A stretch of 64,000 nt of DNA from Macrostomum lignano. Its lineage: Eukaryota. A program made the translations under genes and the position numbers. Shown here in pieces: positions 1 to 13,765 of this stretch. The number at the start of each line of letters is the position of its first letter. Positions within the stretch are counted from its first letter, which is position 1. The DNA is taken from NCBI GenBank assembly GCA_002269645.1, contig NIVC01000211.1, positions 310,001 to 374,000 on the forward strand, in the 5' to 3' direction. Below the pieces are notes generated by a model. The model was given only the letters and a program-made list of their open reading frames with translations, made no database searches and was not told the DNA's origin.

Positions 1-489
1 TACCGTCTTGATGCTGCAGTAGGCGACCAGGACAGTGTTTGTCGCAGCAGCGGAAACCGACTTTGCTTCTATCTCTGCCACTGTCTTTTCGATAGACGAA
101 TTCGTCCTTTACAAAAATTTTTGAACCGCGACGGTTTCCTTCTATGCACTCCATAGCTAGAAGTAACACTGAATAATTTGATCGCAGTGTAATCGGCTTT
201 TAAACGCCGCAATTGAAAGTGTAATTGAAAGTGTAAGTCGGATCAGGCCCACAACCTGATTTGCACGCTCCATGCGCTGGGCTCCACGCGCTGCGCCGAA
301 CCATGTAAAATATGTGCGAAAATGCGCGCTTGTTCCTGGCGCGCTTAATCTAGCTACCCGATTAATATAGTCTCAGCAAAATCACAATATACTAAATCTC
401 TAAGGTTTTCATTACCTAAATTGAATTGTTCAAAAATCAATGCGCGACAGTAAAACATTCAATCTGCATAGATAACAATTAATACAACA

Positions 490-885
490 GGTTAAGAAGT
501 CAGTAAAGAGAGTAAAGATTGGGCATTTAACCCCTCGCTTATTTACGAGTATAGTGAATTTTCCCGATGCAGTCACTGCAACACTGTCCGCGTTAGCAAC
601 TTCTCACGCCTTCCAGACATTGTCGCAATTCCGGCCGATTCCCATGGTCTCCGTCACTCTTGCGACGTCTGGAATGTCTCAGTGTTCAGAATGTAATTAA
701 CGACCCCCCACATACAGGCATGCAACCCTTTGAAGTGGAAGCAGACTTTTAGGGCGGCCTGCACTCACCCTTTGCACTGCCGTCCTCCAGCGCTTGTGGC
801 TTTTTGTAGAGTGCAGCTGTCCACAACTACTACACTCCACCACGCTCTGATAACAGTGCAATTTGCTAATTCCCTAACCTAAATT
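490..885 (+). repeat. ~400-bp dispersed repeat; inverted copy at ~2765-3160
   Basis: 541-880 (ttcccgatgcagtcactgca...gataacagtgcaatt) is the reverse complement of ~2775-3095 with scattered substitutions. Edges are approximate. Confidence 0.8.
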
Positions 886-1479
886 CTAAGTCCTATCCCT
901 AATACGTAGTTCCTACGATAGTCCCTAGATGACAGTCGATTGCCGTTCTTATACCAACCTGCTCAGGTGCACGAGCTTTTCGCGGTCAGCCACTGCGAAA
1001 AAATTGCAAAAAAAATCGACACGCGCTTGGCGGGTCAGCGAGAGTCGCTTCGCACGAAATAATCGCCACCCAAGCCGGGGCACGTGACCAAAGCCCGGCC
1101 CACCACCCCCACCCCGCACCAACACACAAGAGCCACTCGCTCAACACCCAACCAAGCTACGCCCGGTTGAACCAATACAGCACTCACAGACATTCAATTG
1201 AAGTAAATTAGGTTTATGATGCTCAAATTCGATTGCGCAACGTACAGTCAAGTCAAGCAGGCACACCAATAAAGTCAGCTCAGCTTCTGTCGTAACGGAT
1301 TGCTGTCGAGCTCGTCGCTCTCAGTCGTCCTGCAGACGGGCATCCCGCTATTCTGCCGACTCAGCCGATTGACCTTGAGCTGACCGATCTGCGTTTTTCT
1401 TAGAACAACTAAGATTTAAAAACAGTGTGAATACCATCAATACTGTCTTCCGTGTCACCGTCTGTTTCTCTCTCGAAAT

Positions 1480-2410
1480 CCGCTAGCGGTAAGAATCCCA
1501 GAGCCTACTCTTCCCACAGCCGTAACGTCGGCAGCTTTACAACCAAAATGGCGGTTGGCTGTGTTTTATTATATAGTTTAATTTAATTTATTATTTACTT
1601 GTACTCTTTCAGCTTGGAGTCGCCGTCCATGTATACAAGAAAGTTTTGGAGTTCGATTGTGCAAGTGAGGCAATAAATCTTAACAGATCTCCAAAAAACG
1701 AGTTGCACCGCTCGGGAATGCGGCCTCATCTATTTCATAGGCATTTGGATTTTCCATTCCCTGCCGCCGGTTGAGTGGTCTGCAATGGCAGGGGATTATG
1801 AAAGGATTGAAAGCTATTATATGATGATTTTCTCTGGTTCATACATTAGACTTGCGTGTTTGGACGGGGCGAGGGTAGATTTATTTGCATGGTTTTGGGC
1901 GCTTTTGCTTTGCATGAGTTGGAGCAATTAGAGGAGGCCATTCTGTGAGCATTTTGTGACTCGGTTCGCAGGTCCACCCCTCGGTTGCTGCGCTTCTCGG
2001 GGTCCACCGCCGGTCTTGGGTGCGCTCGCTCCTCCTCACCCTCCGGCGGACTCCGGCCCGGCCACGTGCTGCGCTCATTAATCTTCTGCTGCTGGCTGGC
2101 CTCGCCTGTCAACCGCCTTGCCCAAACTCGCCGTCTCGCCTTTTCTTCTGTCTGGAATGGATGGCGGCTGCTGTAGTCTTGTCACACTTGTCACTCCAGT
2201 TGCCTTCCACTGTGGGCCTCTATTGTCTCATTTATTCGCTCTATCTTTCTCATTGTGCCACTATTATACTTGAGCTGGCCTCGCCTCACTCTGCGTATTT
2301 CTTGGCTTGGCTCGTTTTCTGCGTGGCTCTTTCTTATGAATTTGTAAACACCATACAGCGAAATACGGAAAGACGGATATACGGATATATTGGCATATGG
2401 ATAATACGTC
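1480..2410 (+). repeat. ~900-bp direct duplication; second copy at ~3605-4500
   Basis: Both copies start ccgctagc...gaatcccagagcct and end ggataatacg. The ORF track gives near-identical ORFs at 1846-2176 and 3942-4296. Confidence 0.85.
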
Positions 2411-2650
2411 TCTCACCGCATCGTCTATCGGTCTCTCACCGCATCGTCTATCGGTCTCTCACCGCATCGTCTATCGGTCTCTCACCGTATCGTCTATCGG
2501 TCTCTCACCGCATCGTCTATCGGTCTCTCACCGCATCGTCTATCAGACTCTCACCGCATCGTCTATCGGTCTCTCACCGCATCGTCTATCGGACTCTCAC
2601 CGCATCGTCTATCGGACTGTCACCGCATCGTTTATCGGAATCTCACCGCT
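2408..2650. repeat. 23-bp minisatellite (GTCTCTCACCGCATCGTCTATCG), about 10 copies
   Basis: Read directly; the ORFs crossing it have a 23-aa period. Confidence 0.95.
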
Positions 2651-4489
2651 AGACTCTCTCATTTTATTTTGTGGGGCGGATGTGTAAGCCGCAGAAAATC
2701 TTCATATCTTCTATTCCGTGGCTGTCAGCCAACCCAAGACACTGAGTCAGCAGTCCACAGCGTCTTAGGGAAGGGAATTAAGGAATTGCACTGTTATTAG
2801 AGCGTGGTGGAGCGTAGCAGTTGAGGACAGCTGCACTCTTACAAAAAGCCACAAGCGCTCGAGGACGGCAGTGCAAAGGGCGAGTGCAGGCGGCCCTAAA
2901 AGTCTGCTTCCACTTTAAAGGGTTGCATGCCTTTATGTGGGGGTGGGGGGTTAATTACATTCTGAACACTGAGACATTCCAGACGTCGCAAGAGTGAGGG
3001 AGACCATGGGAATCGGCCGGAATTGCGACGATGTCTGGAAGGCGTGAGAAGTTGCTAACGCGGACAGTTTTGCAGTGACTGCATCGGGAAATTTCACTAT
3101 AAATAAGCGAGGAATTAAATGCCTAATCTTTACTCGCTTTACTAACTTCTGACTTGCTTGAAAAACTCGTTTGCACATCGTTGTTGTGATCTAAGCGTAC
3201 CTATTGCTTCTGCAGACACCTGTGAATGGTGGGTAAGACTGAGCACTGCCATGGCTATTGATATATGAATATTAGCGTATTGGTCTCAGACCAAGTAGAT
3301 AGGCGTAAGCTATATACAATACGAGATAGATTACTATAAGAGCATTGGAGTAGCTTAGTTATACCGTAGTGTCTCGGACTTATTCTCTCTGCCTGTAGCT
3401 CGCTTATCTGTTTACTTACTTACTTATTCAAACCGTAAAACGAAGTTATCAAATTTACTATATGGTTAATCGGAAAATACCGTCTACCTCGTTTGTTTTA
3501 GCGGAGTTATTATTACTCATATGTAGGCTCGTAAGTTTCTAGTTAGCGGCCGGCTAGAGCCTTATACTCTGTCTCCGACATCATCATCTTTTTCGCTATA
3601 TTTTCCGCTAGCAGTATGAATCCCAGAGCCTATACTCTTCCCCCCAGCCGTAATGTCGGCAGCTTTACAACCAAGATCGCGATTCGCTGTGTTTTTTTAT
3701 ATAGTTAAATTGATTTTAATGTTTACTTATAACCTTCTAGCTTAGAGTCTCCGTCCATTTATACAAAAAATATTGGGGTTTGATTATGCAACTGTAGCAA
3801 GAAATTTCAGGAAGCTCCGGATAACGGCGAATTGTACCGCTCAGAACTGAGGCCTCATCTATTTCATAGGCATTTGGATTTTCCATCCACTTCCGACAAT
3901 GTCGTGATCAGAAATGGCAGGGGCTTAAAAAAACAATTATATCAAGATTTTCTCTGGTTCAAAACATTAAACTTGTGTGTTTCGACGGGGCGGGGTGGAT
4001 TTAACTGAATGGTGTTCTGCGTTTTTTCTTTGCTTGAGTTGGAGCAATTAGAGGAGGCCATTCTGTGAGCATTTTGTGACTCGGTTCGCAGGTCCACCCC
4101 TCGGTTGCTGCGCTTCTCGGGGTCCACCGCCGGTCTTGGGTGCGCTCGCTCCTCCTCACCCTCCGGCGGACTCCGGCCCGGCCACGTGCTGCGCTCATTA
4201 ATCTTCTGCTGCTGGCTGGCCTCGCCTGTCAACCGCCTTGCCCAAACTCGCCGTCTCGCCTTTTCTTCTGTCTGGAATGGATGGCGGCTGCTGTAGTCTT
4301 GTCACACTCCAGTTGCCTTCCACTGTGGGCCTCTATCTTTCTCATTGTGCCACTATTATACTTGAGCTGGCCTCGCCTCACTCTGCGAAATTCTTGGCTT
4401 GGCTCGTTTTCTGCGTGGCTCTTTCATATGAATTTGTAAACAACATACAGCGATATACGGAAAGACGGATATACTGATATATTGGCATA

Positions 4490-4607
4490 TGGATAATACG
4501 GATATGCAGATACATGGACATCTGGATAATACGGATATGCAGATGCATGGACATCTAGATAATACGGATATGCAGATACATGGACATCTGGATAATACGG
4601 ATATGCG
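4490..4607. repeat. 33-bp tandem repeat (GGATAATACGGATATGCAGATACATGGACATCT), about 3.5 copies
   Basis: Read directly; 11-aa period in ORF 4489-4863. Confidence 0.9.
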
Positions 4608-4708
4608 AATCCTCTTAGCGCAGTGTCATTCGGGTATATATATTCCTAGTTTTGCCGCGGCCCTCATCACTCAGTCAAGCACTCTAACAAGCTCAACTTG
4701 CACCCAAA

Positions 4709-6123
4709 ATGCAGTCGTGGACTCTGCTCACCGGCCTTCTGCTGGGTCTCGCCTGCTGCACGCTTTCTGCAGATTCCAACGGACAGTCGGGTTACATGGA
4801 CGTGAGCAGCTTCGCTCGAGTCGGCACCACCACGTTCAAAGGATCGAAGTTGGGTGTCTTTGAAATCGATGGCGTTCGCGTTGCCGAGCCGAAAGTTGCT
4901 TTCCAGTCCTCATGCAGTGCCGTGAACTTCAACTGGGGGTACAAGAAGTACCAGCTGACTCTGTCGATTCGCATCGATCCCAACGCGCTCCGATCGCGCA
5001 AGGGCTCGTCGAAGAAAGTCGGCCGCGTGTCGATCATCGGGCTGAATGTGAAGGCGGACCAAGGCTTGTCCAGCCGACAGTCCGGGCTTTCCGTGATGGC
5101 GAAGGTAAAAAACTCGGGCAGGAGTGTCGACCTCGTCTTTCTGTGCAGCTCGTTCCGCAGGTGCCAGCAACTTACAAACGAGCTCGTGAGCAACCCGTCG
5201 AACATCGGCCGGGCGCTGCAGTTTGAAGCTCTCGGCAGAGTCGGCAGCATTCCGGTGAGGTTCGGCTTCAGGAGCAGCGCCAACCTGCCGAGGCTGAGGT
5301 GCAACCGGCACCGCTGGATCGTGTTCCAGAGGCGGGTCGACGGCAGCCTCTCGTTCGCTCAGAACTGGGACTCCTATGTGAAGGGATTCGGAAATCCCAG
5401 CTCCAACTACTGGATGGGTTAGTTGAGCTGATCAGTGGATATAAAATGCAATTAGAAAGCCCTCGTTCCAGGGCTCCTTGGTCGTCGATTTCTACGCTCG
5501 TTCTGTATCTAAGCTCCTTCCATGCTTGCATAATTAGTTGATAAAGAACTTCAGGTATCTTGTCAACTACCTTCCGGTTCTTTTCATGAAATTTCAAACC
5601 TTTATTTTAAAGTTTTACAAAGTTTTACAAAAATACTTGGAATTGATAGTGGTTTATTCTCTATTTTCAAACCACAGGCTTGGACCGTCTGTCCGAGATG
5701 ACGAAAACAGGTGAAAAGAACGGCTACGCCCTGACTTCCCGGTGCCGGTTGAGAATCGAGGTCCAGAGCTTCAGCGGCAGGAAGTACAGAGCCGAGTTCC
5801 GAATGTTCCAAGTGCTCGGTCCTGAGCAGCAGTACCGCCTGCGCGTCGGACTGCAGGTCGGCAGGTCGGTGTTGGGCAACGGGTTTCAGTGGCACAACGA
5901 GATGAGGTTTAGCACATTCGACCGAGATCACGACACTTGGAAGCATTCGTGCTCTCGAAAGTTTGGCTACGGTGGTTGGTGGTTTAACAGGTGCCATAGG
6001 GTGAACCTGAACGGAGCCTACGCCACAGACAGGAAGATCACTAACAATCCAACGTACAACAGCTTCTACTTGCACAGGAAATTCGTCCCAATGCAGCGCA
6101 CTCTGATGAAATTCAAGTGCTAA
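4709..6123 (+). CDS. Secreted fibrinogen-related domain (FReD) protein, 2 exons: join(4709..5417,5678..6123), 384 aa
   Basis: Signal peptide MQSWTLLTGLLLGLACCTLSA. FReD motifs WIVFQRRVDGS...W.SYVKGFG...YWMG|LDRL, FSTFDRDHD and GGWWFNRCHRVNLNG. The GT-AG intron 5418-5677 (phase 1) joins the two ORFs in frame. Confidence 0.9.
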
Positions 6124-7467
6124 TGATCTTATCACGCTCACACGAGCTGCTGTTCAGCAGACAGTTCTGACTCATGACTGCTTATCTTTATTCAAGGCTT
6201 CTTGGTGCATGGTGCTTTTCTGAATTCGGGTTAAAAAATTAATACAATTTTTTTGTTTTAGCTTCCTCGTGTGAGATCATGCTCAAAATTTCAACTAATA
6301 TGACAAGAGGAAAACGCAAAATAAATAAAATTTATTCTCGTTGATTTTAGATGCACGGTGTTTCGTGAAGTTTTAATTAATAATTGTGAGATGCGATCAA
6401 GGTTTTGAATATACAGTGAAAAATGTATCTTTAAAATCTCGGAAAGCCGCTTTGTTTGTTCTTGCTTTGCTCTCCAAACAGCGGCATTGGTCTGTCCTAA
6501 CACAACTTTTATAGATATTGGGCGAGGGGCTTCGGAGCACATTCTCGCACCCTTCAGGAACACAGAAACAGTCTGTACAAGTATCTGTGAGTTCTGGTAC
6601 AAGTCAAGCTTCGAACGCTCAAGAGAATATTCGCTTCAGATTATTTCATTGCTACTCGTCAGTAGGCAGAAAATTCCAGAGAGTTAAAGAGACAAAAGCT
6701 CGGCTTGTTTTAGCAAGTGTAGCTTGGTGATCGGTGATTGCGAACCGGCATTGTAAGAGCTGGCAGAAACCTGCAGACAAACATTGATAAGTTCATTAGC
6801 TGAGGTTTTTTGAGTTTTGTTTTAACTGCGCGATAGTTGTTAGGTGCAAGACTGTAGTTGCTTTCAATGAATCTTCGATCCCATTTTGCATCCTCCAAGG
6901 TTTTGTTAAACATGTAGTTTTCGCTATAACTACTGAGTGCAATTCCCTCACTCAGAAAATTGGACACAGAGGTGGGTGAATGGCCAATGCTGCACTCTAA
7001 AGACTATAATAATAAAATACATCTTCGCATATCTTGCATGATCATTTGGATATTAAGTCACCTGTTGCACAAATTGATGGCATTTGAAGCTCAGTTAGGA
7101 TTTTTATTGAACAGTTCCGCGTCCATGTACGCTTGACTTGCTGTGTTCAAGGACTTCACTTGCCTGAACACAACAGCTCGAGCTGGTGAAATTCGCTCAG
7201 ATTCAAAGCTACAAGGCTGACCCCGTAGCAGAGCATGGCTCTATCAGACACTTCGAGTCAGCCGATGACAGTCCCACATTCAGTTGCTCGAATGGACCAA
7301 AGACACATTGATGCAGAATTGCTGCACGCCCGCTCCGGTGAATGAGAACCCCGGAGACATTTGAAGAAATTAAAAAAAAAATTCTGTTGGGACTTTTACT
7401 GACTGTGCCTTTAGACACTTCGTGATTTCTCGGACTAGCTCAAACCTGCCTTCTGCCTAGTTTACAT

Positions 7468-8900
7468 TGGTGGTAGCGGTCTCTAAATCAAGCCGGTTCA
7501 CTCATGGTGCATGAAAATGCACTTTTGCCACCAAAGTTTTCGAGTGCAGACGACACCGACATTAACATATGGCTGCAAATGTTTGAAGATTTTGCAGCAG
7601 ATTCAGGGTGGAACGATGCTAAAATGGCCTAAAAAATCTAGCTTCTTCTGTGCGGCGAAGCGCTGGTGTTCGTCTGGGACCTGCCAGAGGACGAGAAGAA
7701 AAGCTTCAAGAGTGTAAAAAGCAAACTCATCCAGTTCTACAGCAGCAAGGAAAACTCCTACCTCTCCATTTCAGAGTTTGAGAGATTGCAAAGTGCGACA
7801 CCGAATGCTGGCACTGCTGCCTTCGAAAGAGGCCGATTGCGACGAAGTCAGCCCTAAACGGTTGGCGGACCGCGCCACGACCCTGGAAAGCATCGGCAGC
7901 AAAGGAGCCTCTGCAAGCGTTGCAGTGACATCGATTAGCAATCAAGTGTCTGATCGGCTGGAGCAGATTTAGGAGCAGCTGGCAGACCTGGCCGCGACAG
8001 TCGCCACGATCAGCAGCCGTGGCAGTCTACGTGGAAGAAGAAGAGGAGCCGGACGCAAAGGCAGCAGCCGGGGAAGATGCTTCAACTGCGCTCAGCCAGG
8101 CAAATTTCGCGGCTCCGTGCCCCAGCAGGAAGGCCGCACTGAAAGTCAATAGCTTTAGCTCTGAAGCTGTGACAAAAGTTTATTGAAGTCAACCTTAGAT
8201 CGGAAACGCATTTAATAAGCATCGCAGCATAGCATTTGTGGGTGGGTGACAGAGATAAGGCATGCACGATGGAATAGAGAATGAGCAACGATGTACACAG
8301 AGTACGCAAACCCTCACCAGACAAATATCCCACCCCAAACACTGATCCCAGAGCCCACAGTCCATAAAAGATCAGAGTCAGTCAGAGTCCAACACCGCAC
8401 CAACCATGCCGTCCGTGCGCGGCCGCTGCTCAGGCAAAGGACACCAAGCCGAGGTCTGCCCGACACCAGCTTCGGGAAACTTCTGTGGACTGGTGACCGC
8501 GGGCCATCACCAGCCCTGCCTAGCACGGCCTAAACCGCTTCCATCTTCCTTCCCGTCAGCATTGCTGGCCGGCCCTGCAGGTGGCTGTTCGACACTGGTG
8601 CGCAGGTGACGCTGGTATCAGCAGGAATCGCTGCTCAGCTGCATTCAACTCTCAGCTCTCCGGTCGATATCGACGGCTGACGCTCGGAGTCCCCAGGAAT
8701 TGCAACGCTAGCCATACAGCTGGACGGTCTGCCGCCAACAGAGCATCAGGTGATGGTGGTCACCGACATTCAGCCAGAATGCGTACTCGGCTTGGATGCC
8801 ATCGGCAAGATGCTCTCAAGTTTCAGCGTGAACCTGGACGTCTTCTATCCAGCTTGGTTCAAACAGGATTCCCATTGTCCCTGACAGGAGCCCCACGCCA
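7468..8900 (+). pseudogene. Degenerate Gypsy-type gag-protease fragment
   Basis: From ~7525 the frame reads LPPKFSSADDTDINIWLQMFEDFAADSGWNDAKMA*KI*LLLCGEALVFVWDLPEDEKKSF, similar to the Gag at 13693-14502. Decayed knuckle CFNCAQPG at ~8078; protease WLFDTGAQVTLV at ~8583; PBS-like TGGTGGTAGCGG at ~7468. Stops and frameshifts are present. Confidence 0.7.
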
Positions 8901-10409
8901 GCCTGCCGAGTGGTGCTTGGTGGTGCTGCCACTCGAGATCGGCCGTGAAAGTCGTCCAGGTCGTAGTCGGTCTCAAAGTGCAGAACACTATACTCGTAGT
9001 AATGGCGTAGAAACCAAAAGGCTCTGATCGTGGCGTAGCAATCCAGATTTTTCTTAATTATCTGCACGAATTCAAGCAGTACGAGCTATTTTAAATGTCA
9101 TAAGGTGCTCCGAATTCCGGCACATGCAGCTTGTCGATTCGTAGCCCTTTAGAGCGCCCAGTCTACCTGTTGATGCTGAGTCATTTACTAGCTAGCATTG
9201 TCCGACACTTGCTCGCCTTACGTCAGTGCTCTGATGGCAATTATCCTTCTGTTGCGTTTCATAGACGCGTATGCCTCTATTTTAAGAAGCGAAAGAGTGA
9301 CTGACAGGTGCTTCAGATATCAGTTTGTTGATTTGCAGGCCTTTAAAGTATGAGGATATGTTTTGCCATCGAAATTTTACCTTTGGAACTCTCAAGCCAT
9401 CGACATATTGAAATCAATGTCGTGTGTCGTAGCAATTGTCACAGCAGTGACAAGGTTATGAGTTTGAGTAGAAAACCGCCTTATTTTCTCACCATAGTCA
9501 TCATTAGTACGCCGCCAGCTGCTGTGGTTGAAATCCGTATTGAAACAATGTTGTGACAATATTATTAAGTTAGACAGAAAATCATAAATTAAGTGATAAC
9601 CAGAGACTTCAGATTCACAAATTACGTTCTGAGCGTTAAGCCCCGGCCTATATGGCCAAGGCCAATCCTTTTCTGGAACTTAATGACCGGCGAAAGCTTT
9701 AATTTGGGTCAGTGCTGAATAATTACAGTTGAACAAGTCTGGAATTGATTTTGTGGTCATGTCATTTTTTCCTTTTTCTGCCGTTATGCTTTGTTTTAAT
9801 TTTTGTTGTCTTAATCGATGTCATATAAATTCTCCGTAGACTGACTGTCGTTTGGCGAATGCCTCGTTGCTTATACCGGTATAGTTTGTTTTGTGAGTGC
9901 ACTGTGGATATCTGTAGATTATCTGATTTGTTTTGTAAATTTACAGTGGCTTAAATGCTTTTTAATGAAGGTCTTGTTGCTTACATGCTTTTTGATGTAG
10001 GTCCTGTTGCTTACATGCTTTGTGATGTAGGTCCTGTTGTAGACTAAGACAGAGAGATACAACTGAGAGTTGACGAAGCCTGTTGGCGTTTATTAGATCG
10101 ATACGCAGGTTAAATACGATACAACGATTGTTACATAACTGGGTATAAAAGATGGAGACAGGGGTGGGTGAAAAGCACGTACATGCTGTACAATAGCAAC
10201 CCCCACCCCGCTCTAGCGACTGGCGCATACAAGTACACTTGCAACTCACTACAATCCTCCCCGGCGAAAAAGATCAATAACATTCGAACGAATAATTCGA
10301 AGGAAACATAAGAACAGTAAAACATTCGAAACAATATTGGTATAAAGAATTTCTCGCTTTCAACTAATTCGCAACAGTCAGTAGAACAGTCACTGAGTCA
10401 ATCAAAAAT

Positions 10410-13400
10410 TCAACCGGCCACATAGCGATCAACCGGCATCCGCCCACGCATCGGGTAGCGTCTCGGGGGCGGCTCCTCGTCCGCCTCATCGCCGCCGTGC
10501 GCCGCGTGCGCAAAGGGCGGCTGCAGGAAGCGCTCTCCGTCAGGGACTGGCAGGATCCGCGGCCGCAGACGATTCACATTCACCCTGCGGGTCCGTCCGT
10601 TCTCGATCTTTCGAAGTTCGACTACCAGATCCCGCTGCGACAGCACCTGCCAGCCCGGCTCCCAGTACGGCGCCAGCTTGGAGCCCCTCATCTCGATGCG
10701 CAGCAGAACCTCGTCTCCAGGACTGAACGTGCGCAGCTGCCCGGTCGACCTGTCGTAGCCGCTCTTTTGCTCGCCAGCCGCCTGCACCAGATGCTCCTCG
10801 ACAAACTCTCGAATTCGCAGCAGGTCGCCCTCGAGCTTGTCGGCGTAGGTGCGCACGTCATAGAATCGCCTGGACTGCTGGCTGATGACCGGCAGGCTCG
10901 GATCGCGCCCGGTGAACACCTTCAGTGGCGGCAGCTGTGTTGAGCAGTGCACCCGGGAATTGTAGGACAGCAGGATCAGTGGCAGCTTGTCCTCCCACTC
11001 GCTCTCTCGCTCGGTGAAACACCTGAGTAACTGCAGCACTGACTTGTTGCCCGACTGCTAATCCGTTGCCTTTGGGATTGTAAGCCGTTGTTCTTGTCTT
11101 CGGGACTCCCAGGCCTCGCAGAGTGTCTTGAAAAAGCTGAGACTCGAAATTCGGTCCTTGATCGGAGTGGATGACTCGGGGAAGTCCAGTCTGGAAGCAG
11201 ATGGAGAGGAAGGCGCGAGCAGTAGTCTCAGCAGTCTGGTAAGGAATCGCCACGGCCGTCAGGTACTTGAAAAACTGATCCTGAGCCACCAGCAGATATT
11301 TGTTGCCGCGCGATGATGGCGCCACCTTGACGATGTCGATAGCCACAGAATCCCACGGCGAGCCGATTGGCTTGGCAGTTCTCCGAGCGGTGCGCTGGTC
11401 CGCGAGCCCGCTTTCTTCTCCTGACAGACAGAACAACTCTGGCAGTGTTGCACGATGTCTTCAGCCATGCCGGGCCAGTAGGCGGTCAGTTTCAGTGTGC
11501 GGTAGCATTTCTCGGCTCCGAAATGACCTCCCAGACCTTCGTGAGCGTCAAGAACTGTTGTCGAAGCCGCGCTGGCACCACTGGAACCTCCCGCAGGCCG
11601 TCCGGGTCATTGAACTTGCGCAGTAGAACACCGTCATCATCCAGCTTCAGCTTCTTCCAGATTCTGCCGAGTTGCTGCAGTGGTCCTGCTCGCTATCTGG
11701 GTGCAATTTTTGCGTCCTTGTCTATCGCCTGAATCACCTGGCTGAGCTCCGGGTCATGTCGCTGCGCAGTTTTGAGCTCTTCAGTGTCGATTTCCGGAGT
11801 CAGCTGCGTAGCTGCGACTTCTTGACCGTGCAGTCTGGACAGCGCGTCAGCATCTGTGTTCTCAACGCCTCTTCGGTACTTGACGGTGAAGTCGAACTCT
11901 TGAAGCAGCAGACGCCATCGTCCTAACCTGCCGTAGCTGTCAACTCTCTGTGAATCGATGTAGGTGAGCGGGCAGTGATCCGTGTGCACCGTGAAATGCT
12001 TGCCGAGAAGATAGTGGCGAAAAACTTTGAATGCGTGCAAGATGGCCAGGCACTCCTTTTCTGTTGCAGAGTATTTCTTCTCAGCTGAATTGAATGCGCG
12101 GCTTGAGAACTCGATCACCGCCTCGCCTTGCTTCAGAATTACACCGACTCCGCTGCCACTGGCGTCCGTGAAGACTGAGAACTCCTTAGTGAAATCGGGG
12201 TTCACCAGGATCGGAGGACTAATTAGGCACCTTTTGAGCTCGTCGAAGGCCGTCTGGCATTCCGAAGTCCAGTCAAATGGGACGCCCTTGCCAGTCAGAT
12301 GATGCAGCGGTGCGGCGATGGCAGCGAAGTTGGCTTACATGGCGTCGGTATTGGTTGCACAGGCCGATGAACTGACGCACCTCCTTGGCTGACCTCGGCT
12401 CTCTCCACTGCTGAATTGCCTCCAGCTTCTCCTGGCTGGGCTGGGCACCATCCTTTGAATACCGTGTGCCGAGAAAGGTCACTTCGGGTACCGCGATTTT
12501 GCACTTGGAGCCTCTTAATGTCAGTCCGGCTGCTCGAAGTCGCTCGAAGGTCTCTCGAAGTTGCCGCAGATGATCCGACTTGGTCTTTGAGAAGCAGAGG
12601 CTGTCATCGAAGAACGTGAAGACGAAATCGCAGCCGTTGAAAACTTTTGACATTAGCATGCAGAATGTACTTGGGCCCCCGACAGACCTTGGGGCATTCT
12701 CTTAAATTGGTACAGCGGCATCCCTGGTCCCGGACAGAAAGCAGTTTTTAGCTTGTCTTCTTCTGCCATCGGAATTTGAAAATAGCCTCCATTGAGATCC
12801 AACACAGAGAACACTGAACTGCCTGCGATTCGATCTCTTGCCTCCTCCATCAACGGAATTCCCTGTGCAGAGCGAATAGTCTTCTTGTTGATCTCTCGAT
12901 AGTCTATGGTCAGGCGGAGACTGCCATCCTTCGTTGTCACGTACACCGGTGGGGCCACGTATGGACTTTCGCTCAGCTCTATCACGTCGTTCTCCAGCAG
13001 TTCCTGAATCAGCTGCTCTACCTTCTCCCGGTAATGCACAGGCATTCGGCGCGGTGGCACTCGGACAGGTACTTCATCCGAGAGAACAATTCGGTGATGT
13101 TGCAGATGAGTTAGTCCCGGCTTTTTCTTGAACAAGTCTTTGAACTCCACCAGCAGCCGTTGTACATCAGGGTCGTCGGTAGTCGGCAACTCGAACTCTT
13201 CACAGCTGAACTCGGGGACGAGTGCGTCTTCGATGTCAACTGGATCGTCGGTGTCAGCCTGGAATCTGGTGCTGCAGACTTGGCCGGCTTCTTGTGAAGA
13301 TCCTGTGAAGTCCAGTTGCAAATTATGCTTGCCGATGAAGTCGAATCCAACAATGACAGAGCAGACCAAACCTGACACAACGAAAAACAATTGCCGGACT

Positions 13401-13765
13401 GTCACTCCACCGACTGTAAGTGGCAATTCGATTTGCCGTTCTATGCTAATTGGCTGCTTGTTCACTGAATGAAGTCGCACTCTGGCTGCAGTTGCCTGTC
13501 TGAGCTGGGATTTTGTCAGGATGCTGGACTCAACTAGTGAGCACTGGCTTCCGGTGTCTAACAGCGCCTTCACACTTCTGCCATCAAGCTTGCACTCACA
13601 CTGCGATAGTCGGTCGGGCGCGACGCTGCATCCGTCGAAGATCCCGCCGACTGTGAGCGCCGGCCTTGAAGCCGCTGCTGCTGGGCCCGCAGTTACTGCT
13701 GGCCGGGGTTGCGGGCCCGCACACCCCAGCCTCTGGCGTTTCCCGGCTGTCGCCTGCTGTAGCAA
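10410..13765 (-). pseudogene. pol: Pol (protease, RT, RNase H, integrase) broken by several frameshifts into ORFs 12653-13765, 12273-12659, 11693-12205, 10858-11436 and 10410-11039
   Basis: Protease LLDTGS; RT LRLTIDYREIN, LDLNGGYFQI, FFDD; RNase H VFTDASG...YSATEKE...TDH; integrase VAIDIV...HSDQGPNFES...YNPKGNG. Confidence 0.93.

Noticed and set aside
950-1300. Possible solo LTR (AATAAA at ~1268)
   Set aside because: No TG...CA boundaries with a TSD could be defined.
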